From assembly GCA_050575255.1 (NCBI GenBank), contig JBNZDD010013703.1:6707502-6771501 (forward strand): a DNA stretch of 64,000 bases, read 5' to 3'. This DNA comes from Harriotta raleighana. Lineage: Eukaryota. Each line of letters opens with the position of its first letter. Within the stretch, counting starts at the first letter, position 1. A program made the position numbers and the translations under genes. Of the stretch, positions 1-11,975 are shown piece after piece. Below the pieces are notes generated by a model, which worked only from the letters and a program-made list of their open reading frames with translations, did not search any database and had not been told where the DNA came from.

Positions 1-150
1 ATTCGTTCCAGGACCTTTGAAAGAAAAGGAAGGTTGGAAGATTGGACACTAGTTGGAGATCAGGGATGTGTTCAGGGAAGGAGTTTTGAGGATAAGGATG
101 ACGACAGTTTTTAATGACTGTTGTTTTTAAAGGTGTGGGAATGATTCCGA
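1..150 (-). mobile_element. L2-clade LINE ORF2 (RT-region) fragment
   Basis: Minus strand reads approximately KTVVILILKTPSLNTSLISN*CPI..FLSKVLERI, a decayed version of the segment seen at 335-460 on +. Confidence 0.65.
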
Positions 151-334
151 TGGATTGGAGGTAATTTGATCATACATATGGGAGAAAGGAATAGGAGAGG
201 GCTTAAGTTGACTATGAGCACCGACATGGACTATTTGGGCTAGATAGTTTGTGATGGTACCTCCACCTCTTTGCCCCTCTACTCACAGACATCTTAAACC
301 TCTGCCTGTCTATTTGCACTATATCAAATGGATA

Positions 335-1340
335 GGGAGAAGTGTCTTCCCTTTTAAAACACCTGTCATCACTCCTATCTTTAAAAAACCCTCCCTGGAC
401 CGATCCCTGCTCTCAAGTTACCTCCCCATCTCCAATCTCCTTTTCCTCTTCTGGAAGGAATCGTTGCTTCCCAGCTTCACTCTTTCCTCTCTCTCCACTC
501 CCTTCATGAACCGCTCCAATTGGGTTTCCCGTAACACAGAAAACAGCTTTGATCAAAATGACAAATTACATTTTGTTCATCTGCAAACAGTGCTCCCCTT
601 GTTCTCCTTGAACTCTCTCCTGCCTTCAATTCTGCTGACCACTCCATCCTCCTCCACTGCCTCTCCTCTCACCTCAACCTTCATGGTTCTGTCCTTGAAT
701 GGTTCGGATCCTATCTCTCACACGGTCTCCACTTCATTTCCACAAACGGCCTTTCCTCTAGCCCCAGCACCATCTCCTGTGCTGTTCCTCGGGGCTCTGT
801 CCTTGGTCCCCTCCTCTTCAATATCTATATGCTCCCTCTTAGTGACGTCATCTGCAGAATGGGGAGCAACTTCCACATGACACCCAGACTTGACTCCAGG
901 ACCACTGCGTCCTGACAGAATGCCCGTCAGACATGGTCCTGGAAGAGAGCTAACTTTCTTCAGTTGAACATTAACAAGATGCCCACATCACACATGGATA
1001 CAGTTTAAGATCTTGGTCCTGACGTTTGAAGCCCCACATGGCCTTGCTCTCCCCTACTTCAGCAATCTCCTAACATCCTATCAAACTGCCCACTCCCTCT
1101 CCAGTCACTCTGCTTCCCCCTCTAACACTCCATCTTACAGTCCCTCAGCCTCTCCTTTACCTCCTTCAAGACCCATCTGACCTCCTCTTCGACCATGCCT
1201 TCAATCACCCTCTTTCACCCCGTGCCCACCATCCTTCGCTGGTCCCAATCCCCAGCTGAGGTCCAAAACACTGATTGTACAGCGCCTTGGGATGTCCCGA
1301 TGTGAAAGACGCAAAACAAATATAATTTTATTTTTGTTGT
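335..1340 (+). mobile_element. Decayed, internally deleted L2-clade LINE with 3' tail
   Basis: FKTPVITPIFKKPSLDRSLLSSYLPISNL, a PQGSVLGPLLF-like motif near 787-830, and tail cagcgccttgggatgtcccgatgtgaaag...ttgttg. Confidence 0.85.
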
Positions 1341-1420
1341 CTGTGATGTAATGCTCTCTTTAGCTTTTCGTTTGGAACAAGTTCAGTTTGACATCTCCCT
1401 TAATGTCTTACAGAATGGAT

Positions 1421-1503
1421 TGTGGGTGGGGGGATTGAGGGGGAGTGGAGGGGATGGGGGGTGGAGGGGGTGGGGGCGCGGGGGAGGTGGACGGGAGGTG
1501 GTG
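1421..1503 (+). repeat. G-rich low-complexity tract (G-quadruplex potential)
   Basis: At least 8 runs of 3 or more G in about 80 nt. Confidence 0.75.
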
Positions 1504-2589
1504 AAACATTACAGAGACAATCCTGAATGCTGAAAAAGTTGCCTTTTTGCTTTGGTTTTGCTTTCTGGTCGTTTGTTGGCGCTGACCTTAAGCCACAATT
1601 GCAAACCTGAAGTTTTGATTGCAGCTGGCGCTGTTTATTTTTAAATCCATTTTTCCACCGTCCTATATTTATCCAACGACCTATAGTCATTATGCTATGG
1701 TTTTGCATGGTTTGGAGTAGGAGTTATTCAATATTTAATCACATTTTATAATGAGTGTATGAAGCCCTTACTGTACACAATCATGCCAATGTGAGTCATT
1801 TATTTAGGCCTGTTTAGGAATAAGCTTTAGGGATAAATAAAAGTTATAGTTAGCTAGAAACTTCAGTATAATGATGAATCAGTTTGTGCTAGGATTCCTG
1901 TTAATATTGCTCACATCTACCATGGTTACATATAATTCACAATTTCATATTATTATTCATGTGTCTTCAGATTGTGTCTATGCCTTGGGATGTCCTCATA
2001 GCAATAAAAGCGCTATATAATTGTCACTTGTTGTAAACTTCTAAAGATTAACATTGATATGAGAATAAGATTAGGAGCTATCATGGAAAAACATCAATGT
2101 TCTCATTCTTGGGTCAAAATACCCCAAATTGTGACCCAGGTGTCTTCACATGTTATTTCACATTTAGCTATTGTGGTAATACTCAAGCTCCTGTTATGCA
2201 AACCAAAAAATCAAAATGCTTTATTGGGCTCCTCATCTTTCCTCTGATTTTATAAACTGCAAATTGGTTGGCTGTATAAACTCATCTAATTTTTTCTTTG
2301 CTGCACCGTTAAGTAATATCTTTTCATGGTGAAAATCCAATCACTGCTCGGTGGGAAAACGACACTAAAATCAAAAAATCCCTCTAGGCCACCCTAGATG
2401 TTACGATAGCTTCGTCCTTATTCCTGTTCAATTGCTCACATCACGTTGCTTGAAAAATTGAATGAGAAATTCAAATGCGATCAAGTAAGATTCTTTTTAA
2501 TGGACAAGTTTATGCTTATCAAGAAAATTAATTGGCCATTTCTATAAAAGGATCATAACCGGAGAAGAGGCTACACAGCGAATTATTCT

Positions 2590-2632
2590 TATTTATGCAA
2601 ATTGACTGATGGCTTGCTGGGCTGACGTCAAA
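2590..2632. promoter_or_regulatory. Candidate enhancer core: octamer + full CRE
   Basis: ATGCAAAT at 2595-2602 and TGACGTCA at 2623-2630 inside an apparently repeat-free block (about 2240-2760). Confidence 0.4.
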
Positions 2633-3329
2633 GAATGTATTTATTTACAGAGTAAAAGGTCATAGTGTGAGATTTTCATTTCAAGGGTGCAAGGGTGTAG
2701 TTAATGGCACCCTTGTGACATCTGTTTGAAATCAGTGGAGTTTAAAATGTTTGCAATACAGGTGCTCTTTAGTGTACAATAAATGGTAATCCTTACACTT
2801 GATATAAACCTTTCATGTCAGGTGGACTTCTCAAAAGGCTTGAAACGATATTCCATAAGGTGTAGTCACTGTGAAAAAAGTGAAAATGTTGATATTCCAC
2901 CTGGTTATTTGTTGAAGCTGTTAAAAACAATGCGAACTTGTGTAAAACAATAACTTGACTTTGAAATTTTATTACATGGAAATTTTGTGACTTTACAATT
3001 AAAATACCATTAACGCTGATTTTAGCATGGCATTAATTTCACACCTATCTTTGGGAGGCATTATATCAGCAACTGGGGCACTGAAGACAAGAGATCTGTT
3101 TTCCAATCCAAGGCAACCATACTGGTAAGTAACATAAGTAACACAACTGATTAATTTTCTTCAAAGTACTTTATCAATTTTAAATGTAAAGGTGGATTGA
3201 TGTGGTGGAATGACCACCGAGCAACATTATTTTGTTGAATATTTTTGTGCTAGTGTGACTGTATACGATGATATACATGAGGGGAAGCAGTAACAACAAA
3301 CTTGAGCTGGATCAGCTTTATTACAAGAT

Positions 3330-3520
3330 TGGTGTAGCTGGAGAATGACATTTGGTCTATCTGATCTCATCCTTCCCAAACATCTACCCTATCATCCTAT
3401 CGCCCTCCCATCACAACACCATGTTAAAATGAGTCCAGTGTTCTGGCCTCAACCATCTTTCTGAGCAACCTGTTCCAGTTGTTAATTAGTCTCTGGATAA
3501 AGAAAAACTTTTTCTTTGTA
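3330..3520 (-). mobile_element. Old CR1 LINE 3' fragment
   Basis: KKFFFIQRLINNWNRLLRKMVEARTLDSF resembles the CR1 ORF2 C-terminus (FFTQRVV..WN.LP..VVEA). Confidence 0.65.
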
Positions 3521-3704
3521 AAGATATTTTGGTTGCAGGGTGAAATGGGTGTCCAGGACCACAAGGTTGATAATTCCCATCTGCATGCTAATAGGCAAGC
3601 TCTATTGAACCTCAAGGGTTTTAATCTTCATCTCTTTCTGATAGTGAGTATTAATATACCTGAGCTGTAACCTATTCTCTGACCTGGTATCCTTTTCCAA
3701 TTGT

Positions 3705-4451
3705 CTGCAATAGACCTGAACTGTCCTTCCTCCCTCAAATCTGCTCCCTGACCGTTACCGCCTTCCACCAACTCCGCAATATTGCCAGGCTCCGCCACTA
3801 TCTCACCCCTCATGCTGCTGAAACCCTCATTCACGACTTTATCACCTCCAGGCTTGACTACGGGAACTCTCTCCTCGTTCGGCTTCCCAACTCCTCCCTT
3901 CACAGGCTGCAAATCATTCAGAATTCTGCAGCTCGTGTACTCACCCGCATCAGGCTTCATGACCACATCACTCCCACCCTCGCCCATCTCCACTGTCTCC
4001 CCATTCCCCAGAGGATCGAATTCAAGATCCTCGTCCTCACTTTCAAGGCCACTCACGGCCTTGACCCCGCCTATCTCTCTGACCTGCTGTCTCCCTATCA
4101 GCCTGCCCGCACCCTCCGTTCAGGAGACTCAGGTCTGCTCCGCGTCCACCGATCTAACCGCCCAACCATCGGTGGCCGGGCTTTCAGCCTCTCTGCCCCC
4201 AACTATGGAACTCAATCCCGCAGTCCCTGTGCCTTGCTTCCTCCCTTTCCTCCTTCAAGGTCGGTCTCAAGACCTTCCTCTTCGACCGCGCCTTCGGCTC
4301 CTCCCCTACTCTTTCCCCTCTCTCACTCTCCTTCCCTCTCCTCCTACCTCCGACCCTCCCCCCCCGCTCGGGTCCCAACCTGACTGTTCAGCGCTTTGGG
4401 ACGTCCTCCCGATGTGAAAGATGCTAACAAATGTAATTTTGTTGTTGTTGT
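3705..4451 (+). mobile_element. Well-preserved L2-clade LINE 3' portion
   Basis: Reads ..NIARLRHYLTPHAAETLIHDFITSRLDYGNSLLVRLPNSSLHRLQIIQNSAARVLTRIRLHDHITPTLAHLHCLPIPQRIEFKILVLTFKATHGLDPAYLSDLL.., then 3'UTR and a (GTT)n tail at 4441-4451. Confidence 0.92.
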
Positions 4452-4724
4452 AATGAAATGTGATTATATTAAACGATAAAAACCAATAATTTTACTCAGT
4501 AATTTTATTATTTTTTGCAGTGTGAAGGTGGAACTGATGTACTAAGGTGTACACTTGTCTTTCCTTCTTGCCTCCCAACTGTGTGCCAGTGCTCCCACCT
4601 TGTGCTTAATCGGTAGAATGAACACAGAGTATGGTTCATCATCCCTTTACAGTCTTTGGTAGAGAGATGCACACTTTGCCCTTTTTTTCTGTCTCACCCA
4701 GTACATGCACTTTTACATCTACCT

Positions 4725-5020
4725 CCTTGTGTGTGCTGCGCTCCAATGGCATCGGCCTCCTGCTCGTCCCTCGCACCCTCTGCCCCACTTCGCACTTTCG
4801 CATTTTCAGCCACTATGCCCCCAAACTCTGGAACACTCTTGTTCAATCCCTTTGCCTCACCCTCTCTCTCACCCTCTTCAAGTCCAGTCTGGAAACCTTC
4901 CTCTTCGACCGTGCTTATGGCCACATCCCCAACACACCCTTGTTTGGAGTCAGGCTCCACCACTGTTAAGCACTCTGAGGTGTCATGGAGGGCACTATAT
5001 AAGTGCAAGTTGTTGTTAGT
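4725..5020 (+). mobile_element. L2-clade 3' end (tail subtype B)
   Basis: RIFSHYAPKLWNTL..FKSSLETFLFDRAY; tail gagggcactatataagtgcaagttgttg. Confidence 0.85.
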
Positions 5021-5189
5021 TTTTCAATATAATTTTGTTTGAAGTAGGGATAAGGTGAGTGAAATGGTGAAAATGAAGAAAATTAGTTGTTAAGACTAAG
5101 TGAAATCTGAGGATTGCATTTTTTTTGATGCCTTGGGATGTCCTCCCGATGTCAAAGGTGCTATACAAATGTAATTTTGTTGTTGTTGA

Positions 5190-5690
5190 ATGCCAAGGTT
5201 GTGCACTGGGTTTGTGAGTTCGAGAGAAAGGTCAAGGAAGTTAAGGAAGTGAGGAGACATTGGCAGAGCAAATAACTTCTGGCCAGTGCTGTTGAGCTGC
5301 AAAAACATTAGGCTCCTTCAAGACTTGACAGGCAAGCAAAAGAATATCTCTGAAATCCAAATGAGAAATGGAAAGGTGTACATGTGGAAGATCTGTGGAT
5401 GATTTTACTAAGAGGGAGCACTAAATAAAGAGAAGGAGAGGACTATGAATGGAAGGAATCCTGAGGTACTTGCTAGGTGATTGTGTGAGTGCAGGTCGAG
5501 AAACTGTTCAGAGGCAACAAACTGGGGTTGATGGGTCAAGTATGATTGGTACCAGGGGAGTGTGTAAGTGGGTAAGGAAGGAAAGGCGAGTGAACGGAAT
5601 GGTCAAGTGTTTCAAAAGCAGCAGAGAGGTTGAGGAGACCAAGAAAATAAAATGAGCCTCTGTTTTATGACTTTGATGAGGGCTGTCTCA
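5190..5690 (-). mobile_element. Old L2 RT-region fragment, with a + strand L2 tail at 5128-5188
   Basis: Purine-rich antisense L2 signature (aaaagcagcagagaggttgaggag = antisense LLNLSAAF). Confidence 0.6.
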
Positions 5691-6084
5691 GTAATCGCGA
5701 AATGAGCTTCCGCTAGCTATCAAAAAGGGACATCAAAACATCTTCCTGTGCTACATACTGGGGTGTTGGGGTCCTCCTTTAATCTCCGATTGCTGTTGCT
5801 ATATCCCATTGTGGGCTATTGAGGCAGAATTTGCTATCATTCCACTTATTGGAGTGCTCTGCACAGCATTTCATTCTGCTTCAAGGATAGATACTTTATA
5901 ATGATGAATGGTGATATTACCTGTACTACATACTGTACTTTGCATCCCTGAAAATGTTATTGTCATCCTTTTTGATGCCTGCATGCTGTGAATATGTCCT
6001 GTATCCTCAAATGAGCCTCTTGTAAATCATAAACCACCCACTGATGCTTACCAGATTAGCGAAAGAAAATAATATTTTTATTTT

Positions 6085-6566
6085 AATGTCCCAACCTCTA
6101 CAATTGCTCACCTCTGCTCATACCTCACAATCAACGCAGCCGAAACCCTTATCGACACCTTTATCACTTGCCCCCTGGACTATGCCAATGCTCTCCCCAG
6201 CTCTACCATACATGAAATTCAATTAATCCAAAACTCCGCTGCCCAGATCCTCACCCGCACAAATCTCCGAATCCCACCACACTAATGCTTGCCAGGCTCC
6301 ACTGGTTCCCAACTACTGAACAAATTGATTTCAAGATCCTCTCATTTGTTTTCAAATCCTTTCATGCCCTCGCACCTCCCTACTTATCCAATCTGTTTAA
6401 CCCCCGTTGTCCACCACCCACTGCCTCCGCTCGGCTGTCTCTGACCTCCTTTTTGATTATATTTATTATCATTTCCCCACTCTCTCTACACCTTCCTTGG
6501 CACCAGACTCTGCCACTGTCATGGCTCATGTGATAGGCGCTATATAAATGCAAGTTGTTGTTGTTG
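6085..6566 (+). mobile_element. L2-clade 3' fragment
   Basis: LARLHWFPTTEQIDFKILSFVFKSFHALAPPYLSNL; tail aggcgctatataaatgcaagttgttgttgttg. Confidence 0.85.
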
Positions 6567-7215
6567 TAATTGTATTGCTGGAAAAATGCACTACTTATTC
6601 ATTAATTGGGTTTTAGGTCATCTATCAGGGATCATTATTGGTGCCCTTTCTAAATTTACACTGAGTTTGCATCTAGAACTAAAATTGTATTGTAAATTCC
6701 AATAATAATATGGGAAACTGATGGTGAGGTTGGAATACCACCATTCTCAATAGGTGGCGCTGCATATTTTATGGTAAAGTTCACACAAGAAGAATTCCAG
6801 TGGAAATGTATTCTTTACTTAATTCATTCAAAATCACTCACAGTGAATGCTGTCTGTACAACTGTCACCAAGTTCGAGGAAAGCGGTTAAAACACAATTT
6901 ACGAAACAATTATTGAATGATTGAATTGAAATAGTTAAACACTTTTAAACGGGAACAGATGCACATCCCTTTTTTGAAGATAAAAATGTGAATATTGTGT
7001 GCGCATCAAAGTCATAGATATCTGTGCCGTTGAATTAAATATTTTCAACCATTTGCCAACCGATATCAGTATCAAATACTTCTGGGTCATTTGTGTCATA
7101 GCTTCCATTGAGGCTGCCTTGAGACTCCGCGAACCGTGTGTACACTACCTTGAAATCAGAACATGTTACACTAACAATCTATGGGTTAATGATGATGGAG
7201 TTTTGGAACATGGGT

Positions 7216-7568
7216 GTGGAGTCCTATAGCTCAGTGGTCAGAGCACTCGCTTCCCAAAGAAGGGGACCTGGGTTTGATTACCAGCAGGGCGAAATGTTGG
7301 GCAAGTTTCCTTACTCCACATACCTCTGTTTACCTAGCAGTAAGTAGGAACCCGATTCTTAGTCAATTGGTGGGAGGTAATAATTTCTTCCCCCAAAAAA
7401 TTTATAATAAAATTGGTCACTGAATCCATGACTGCTTAGGGAGACAGCTATGCAAAATAGCTGCCACATTTCGCCCACAAAATATACAATCAATTCACTT
7501 TACAGTATTGTTTTGAATCTCAAAGATATGATCAAGTGCTTTATCAAATGCAAAAATTATATTAATAA
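7216..7568 (+). mobile_element. Full-length tRNA-derived SINE (family A, long form)
   Basis: A-box TAGCTCAGTGG 7227-7237, B-box-like GGTTTGATTACC, ttgggcaagtttccttactccacatacctctgtttacctagcagtaagtagg, then 3' part and (ATT)n-like tail. Confidence 0.88.
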
Positions 7569-8149
7569 GGATACAATACCTGACGTCATGATCACTTATC
7601 AAGCCAGCAAGTAAGTAACGAATAGTGTAAACTGATCTGACTTCAGCACAGTAGAATCCAGCAGAAGTATAATTGCCAATGAAGCCTCCACCTGTGGATT
7701 GCAACACTTGAGTTTCACCTTCGATGGGTACCAGCTTAATCTAGAATAGCAACGCCAATCGTAGATATGAAAACCTGGGCAGGACATCATGAACTACCAT
7801 TGTGCTGATATTGGGGGCAGGGGGAGGAGGTGAATGGGAGATTTTCCACTAGCAGCCAGTAGAAGATTTTTTAGCAATGTTTTAGCATTTTTCACCAAAG
7901 GGTGTGCAGTTCGAGTTCTAACTCCTCAGAAAGGGGATTGAAGCTTTGGAAAGTGTTCCGAGATGAATAAGGAAAATTATCAAATCAAAATTTCAGAGTA
8001 TTTGTAATCACTGTTTCGCCCACAAAATACACAGTCAATCCACTTTGCAATATATTTCTGTGAAGCACTTTGAGACATCTCAACAACATGCAAAAGCATT
8101 AAATCATATGCAAGAATTATTCTTATTATTTGTAGATGAACATGGCACC

Positions 8150-8400
8150 CAATATGCCATAAACTGACAAGAGATGTATAACAAATTTAAATGTAGGATG
8201 ATTGGCTCGGGCATTGGGGCTAGCTGCATTCTTGTGAACAGAACCATAGATTCTTTAATATCCACTGGAACAGGCAGATGAGGCATCTTATTTCAAAGAT
8301 AGCACCATCAACAATGTCAGGCTTCCTCAACACTGCACTGGAGCAATATCCTAGACTGTGAGCCATACAGTTCTTGATCCCAAACTGACATCTAAATACA
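8150..8400 (-). mobile_element. Old Deu-domain SINE fragment
   Basis: Antisense of the gtgcagtg..ggtgctatctttgaaataagatg..gtggatattaaaga segment shared with the 18555 and 50625 copies. Confidence 0.55.
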
Positions 8401-8792
8401 TAGGACTAGAAGTCGTAAAGAACAACATCACCAGTTTATATCTGGACCAATGGTCAATAGATGTTTCCCAGCATCCTAGAGAAACATGTGAATCAAGCTC
8501 TGATTAAATTGATACTTTGGAGTAATTGACCTCTATCAAGGAGTCAAGGTCAGTATAGAGGGTTAGGAAGAGCTAAACTGTACTGTATTATCTTGGAAAG
8601 GAGGATGGGAGGATGAGAAATTGCAATGCAAGTGATCTGTTGGAAGGAAGATAGTTGATAGTGCGTGAATTGTGGATGTACAAAATGTGTTTTTGTTCAT
8701 CTGCTTTTTGTCCTCAAAATAATGGTTTCTCCCAGAGAACTCAACACATTTAATTTCCTTCACTTGCCCCTTTCTCAATGACATTGATTCTT

Positions 8793-8925
8793 AATCATAG
8801 AATCATTGAATATTAGAGCACAGAAAAAGACCATTTGGTGCATCATGTCACTAACAGCTCTTTGGAAGAGGTATCTGATGAGTCCCTCTCCCCTGCTGTT
8901 TCCCCATATCACTGCAAATTTTAAG
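8793..8925 (-). mobile_element. CR1 LINE 3'UTR remnant
   Basis: atcatagaatcat...cacagaaaaagaccatttgg...ctgtttccccata; same layout as the 34741 CR1 end. Confidence 0.7.
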
Positions 8926-9104
8926 TGCCAATTATTACTGATTCATAGACAATGTTGAACTGTGGATATTTTGGTCCCAGAATATGGGTTCCTCAAATGA
9001 TCATATCTTGTTTAGGATAAATACACAGACACACTTTAATGGGTCCACATACATTGAAATTATTTTACAGTAAAACATCATTTAGCCAATCATTTAAATT
9101 GAGG

Positions 9105-9397
9105 CGAATGGGGTAAGTTTTGTTACTCCACATGCCTCTGTTTACCTAGATGCAAGTTGGTTAGTTGATTAGCAGATCTCTTTTCCAGGGATAATAATCC
9201 CTAAGAAAAAACAATAATTTGGACATTCAATCTATGACTGTTTGTGGGATACTACTGTGCACAATTGCCTGCCACATTACACTTCCAAATATACAGTTAA
9301 TTCATTGCACAGGATATTCTGTGAAGAGCTTTGAGACGTCTAGAAGATGTGAAAGCACAATATCAAATGCTAGGATTATTATTTTTATTATTATGAT
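9105..9397 (+). mobile_element. SINE family A, 5'-truncated
   Basis: actccacatgcctctgtttacctag...ctttgagacgtctagaagatgtgaaagc..tatcaaatgctaggattattat. Confidence 0.85.
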
Positions 9398-9494
9398 GTG
9401 ACTCATAGACATCTCGATATATACATTACCTCCTCTGTATGTATATTATAACTACGTTGTATGCTCACTGCTATAGAATAGATACTTAGTTTAG

Positions 9495-9725
9495 CACCTT
9501 TCATTCCCCAACTCTTCCCTCCACAAGAATTCCGTTCCACAATCCCTTTCCCTTGCTCCCTCCGTTGCTTCCTTCAGGGCACGATTCAAGATCTGCCCTT
9601 TTGACTATGCCTTCATCCCAAACTTGCCCCACCATGTTTGGGTCTGATTCCTGACTGTTCAGCACCGTGAAACATCCTCACGATATAAAAGGTGCTTTAC
9701 AAATGTAATTTTGTTGGTTTTGCTG
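9495..9725 (+). mobile_element. L2 3' end remnant
   Basis: C/T-rich 3' ORF/UTR and tail ctgactgttcagcac...tacaaatgtaattttgttg. Confidence 0.7.
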
Positions 9726-10379
9726 TTTCATGTCAAGAGAACATTGCAAGTTGCTATATAGTACAGTATTCAGGAACTGGACCAGCTGTACTGTATTTAT
9801 TGAATTGCAATCAACTTGAACCATTTGTTCTGAGCATTCAAATGTACATGAATGTTGGATTTTTATATATTATAATATCAGGGGAATGAGCGAAAGGTAC
9901 CTGACCACAACTCTCAACAGTATAATGACCTTTTAACCATTCATAAAAATGATGCTTGTCTCCTGTAAACATGGCCCTGCCTCATACAGTGCTCTGCCTG
10001 GCAGGTTGTACCTTCCATTCTGTGTGTACTGTTTGATTTTTTTTTTAAACTGCCTTGCAACGATTTTTCATTTTAGATTCTCACAAACTTTCCCTTCCCG
10101 ATCTTGACAAGTAGCCAGAGTGATTATTTTTTTCAGGCATAAAGACATTGCCACTGGCAGAATTGCTGAGAATGGTTGAAATTTACTGCAGGTCCAGTTT
10201 ATCAGAAACGTCTGGCACTATAACACAGATAAAATCTGAAGCTTTACAGCAACATATCCTGCACAAATGCAGATTGTCTTAAAATCAGCAAACACAAAGG
10301 TTGTTTTTTTTTTACAGCTTTACATAAAGCATCCAACTTGTTGTTAATATTTTTTGGGGGTTATCTTATATTAAAATAA

Positions 10380-10790
10380 AAGTTCAGTAGCTCAAGGAGC
10401 TGCATGATCTACCACTGGGTCATGTAGGTCACAAGATTCCAAGTGTGGATTGACTCCCAAGTGTGTTCTCGGATAGGGCAATGGTGGAGGTATTGAAATA
10501 GGTCCCGTATTCCTGGGCTAGGGAGAGCAGACAGCCTAAGCTAGGGCTGCCTCACTGCATCGTTATTCATTGCTGCTTGCTGGTAAGTGTGCACATGTCA
10601 GGTGAGGACAATATTGGACTGTACTGTATGCCCCCTTGGTTGAGCAGCCTGCCAGCACTCATTGTCTGGGCTCACACATGAAAAATAGTTATTATCAGCA
10701 CGATGGACTGGAAAGTTGCCGGTGATTGCGGTAGTATATCAAAGTACAAGTCTGTACCTTCAGGAGAGGAGTGGAGAAAACTGTGAAAAA
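10380..10790 (+). repeat. Probable ancient SINE-like interspersed repeat (unclassified)
   Basis: GC-richer block (gggctagggag...ggtgaggaca..agcctgccagcactcattgtctgggctcacacatgaa..ccttcaggagaggag) resembling a repeat I recall from shark genomes. Single copy here, so not internally verifiable. Confidence 0.4.
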
Positions 10791-11497
10791 ATAATTGTTT
10801 AAATGGTGGGTTCTCGTAGTATTAGAACAAACTAACTCCGAGGAGCGACTGCGTTTGACAAGTTAACTGAGCTGAATTAATATACTATACACAGGTGAAA
10901 TGCCAAGATTGCTGAAGTCATTTATGTTAATGACTCTTTATACATGCCCTTGTATAAATCCAACATCGTTTTGCTGTCAAGACTCCTTTCGGAAAGTTCT
11001 TCTGATAATATACATCAATGAAATTCATCAGTTTTGCAAACATGTATATGTATATACACTAGATGTCTAAATAAATAAATGATCCAGAAAATTAAAAAAA
11101 AGTTAGAGTTCACCATAATTCAACTTCATTGAATAACCTATGCAATGGATGACAAGATGCCCTTTCAATGAATCTCAATGTAGAAGTTATATTTACTGTT
11201 TCTCATATTTTTGCCCCTGAATTTTTTTAACCTGCCCTTTTTTTCTTTTCTGTCGGGAGGGCTTGAGATCGATGTAAATCTCATTAAACTATTGCCTGAT
11301 GTTGAGTCATTACAAGATACCCCTGAACAGTGTAATTANGTAGAAGTTATATTTACTGTTCCTCATAATTTTGCCCCTGAATTTTTTTAACCAGCCCTTT
11401 TTTTCTTTTCTGTCGGGAGGGCTTGAGATCGATGTAAATCTCATTAAGCTATTGCCTGATGTTGAGTCATTACAAGATACCCCTGAACAGTGTAATT

Positions 11498-11975
11498 ATA
11501 ATAATAATAATAATCCTTACATTTGATATAGTGCTTTTCACATCTTCTGAACATCTCACAGAATATACTGAAAAGTGAATTGACTGCGTATTTGTGGGTG
11601 AAATGCGGCAGCCAATTGCGCACAGCACTATCTCACAAACAGTTGTGGATTGAAGTGATTAATTTATCTTTTTTTTTTCTTGAGGGATTATTATCAGGTG
11701 TGTGGAATAAGGAAACTTGCNAACATCTCACAGAATATACTGAAAAGTGAATTGACTGCGTATTTGTGGGTGAAATGCGGCAGCCAATTGCGCACAGCAC
11801 TGTCTCACAAACAGTTGTGGATTGAAGTGATTAATTTTTCTTTTTTTTTCTTGAGGGATTATTATCAGGTGTGTGGAATAAGGAAACTTGCCCAAAGTTT
11901 CAACCTGCCTGGAATTGAACCCAGGTCTTTTGCTTGTGAGGCGAGTGCTCTAACCACTGAGCTACAGGACTCCAC
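11498..11975 (-). mobile_element. SINE family A (short form), with an internal N-flanked duplication
   Basis: (AAT)n tail at 11498 and head ...gagtgctctaaccactgagctacaggactccac ending 11975. N at 11721. Confidence 0.88.

Noticed and set aside
843-850. Additional TGACGTCA sites (843, 7581, 38977)
   Set aside because: They lie inside or abut repeats and have no supporting motif cluster.
251-880. 209-aa ORF and similar S/P/L-rich or G/E/R-rich ORFs (3628, 3782, 13507, 15899, 19624, 42352, 61670)
   Set aside because: They overlap decayed L2 ORF2 in shifted or antisense frames. They are transposon remnants, not host genes.
9658-9678. REST/RE1-like TTCAGCACC
   Set aside because: Only the left half-site matches (GGACAG is missing), and it lies in an L2 tail.
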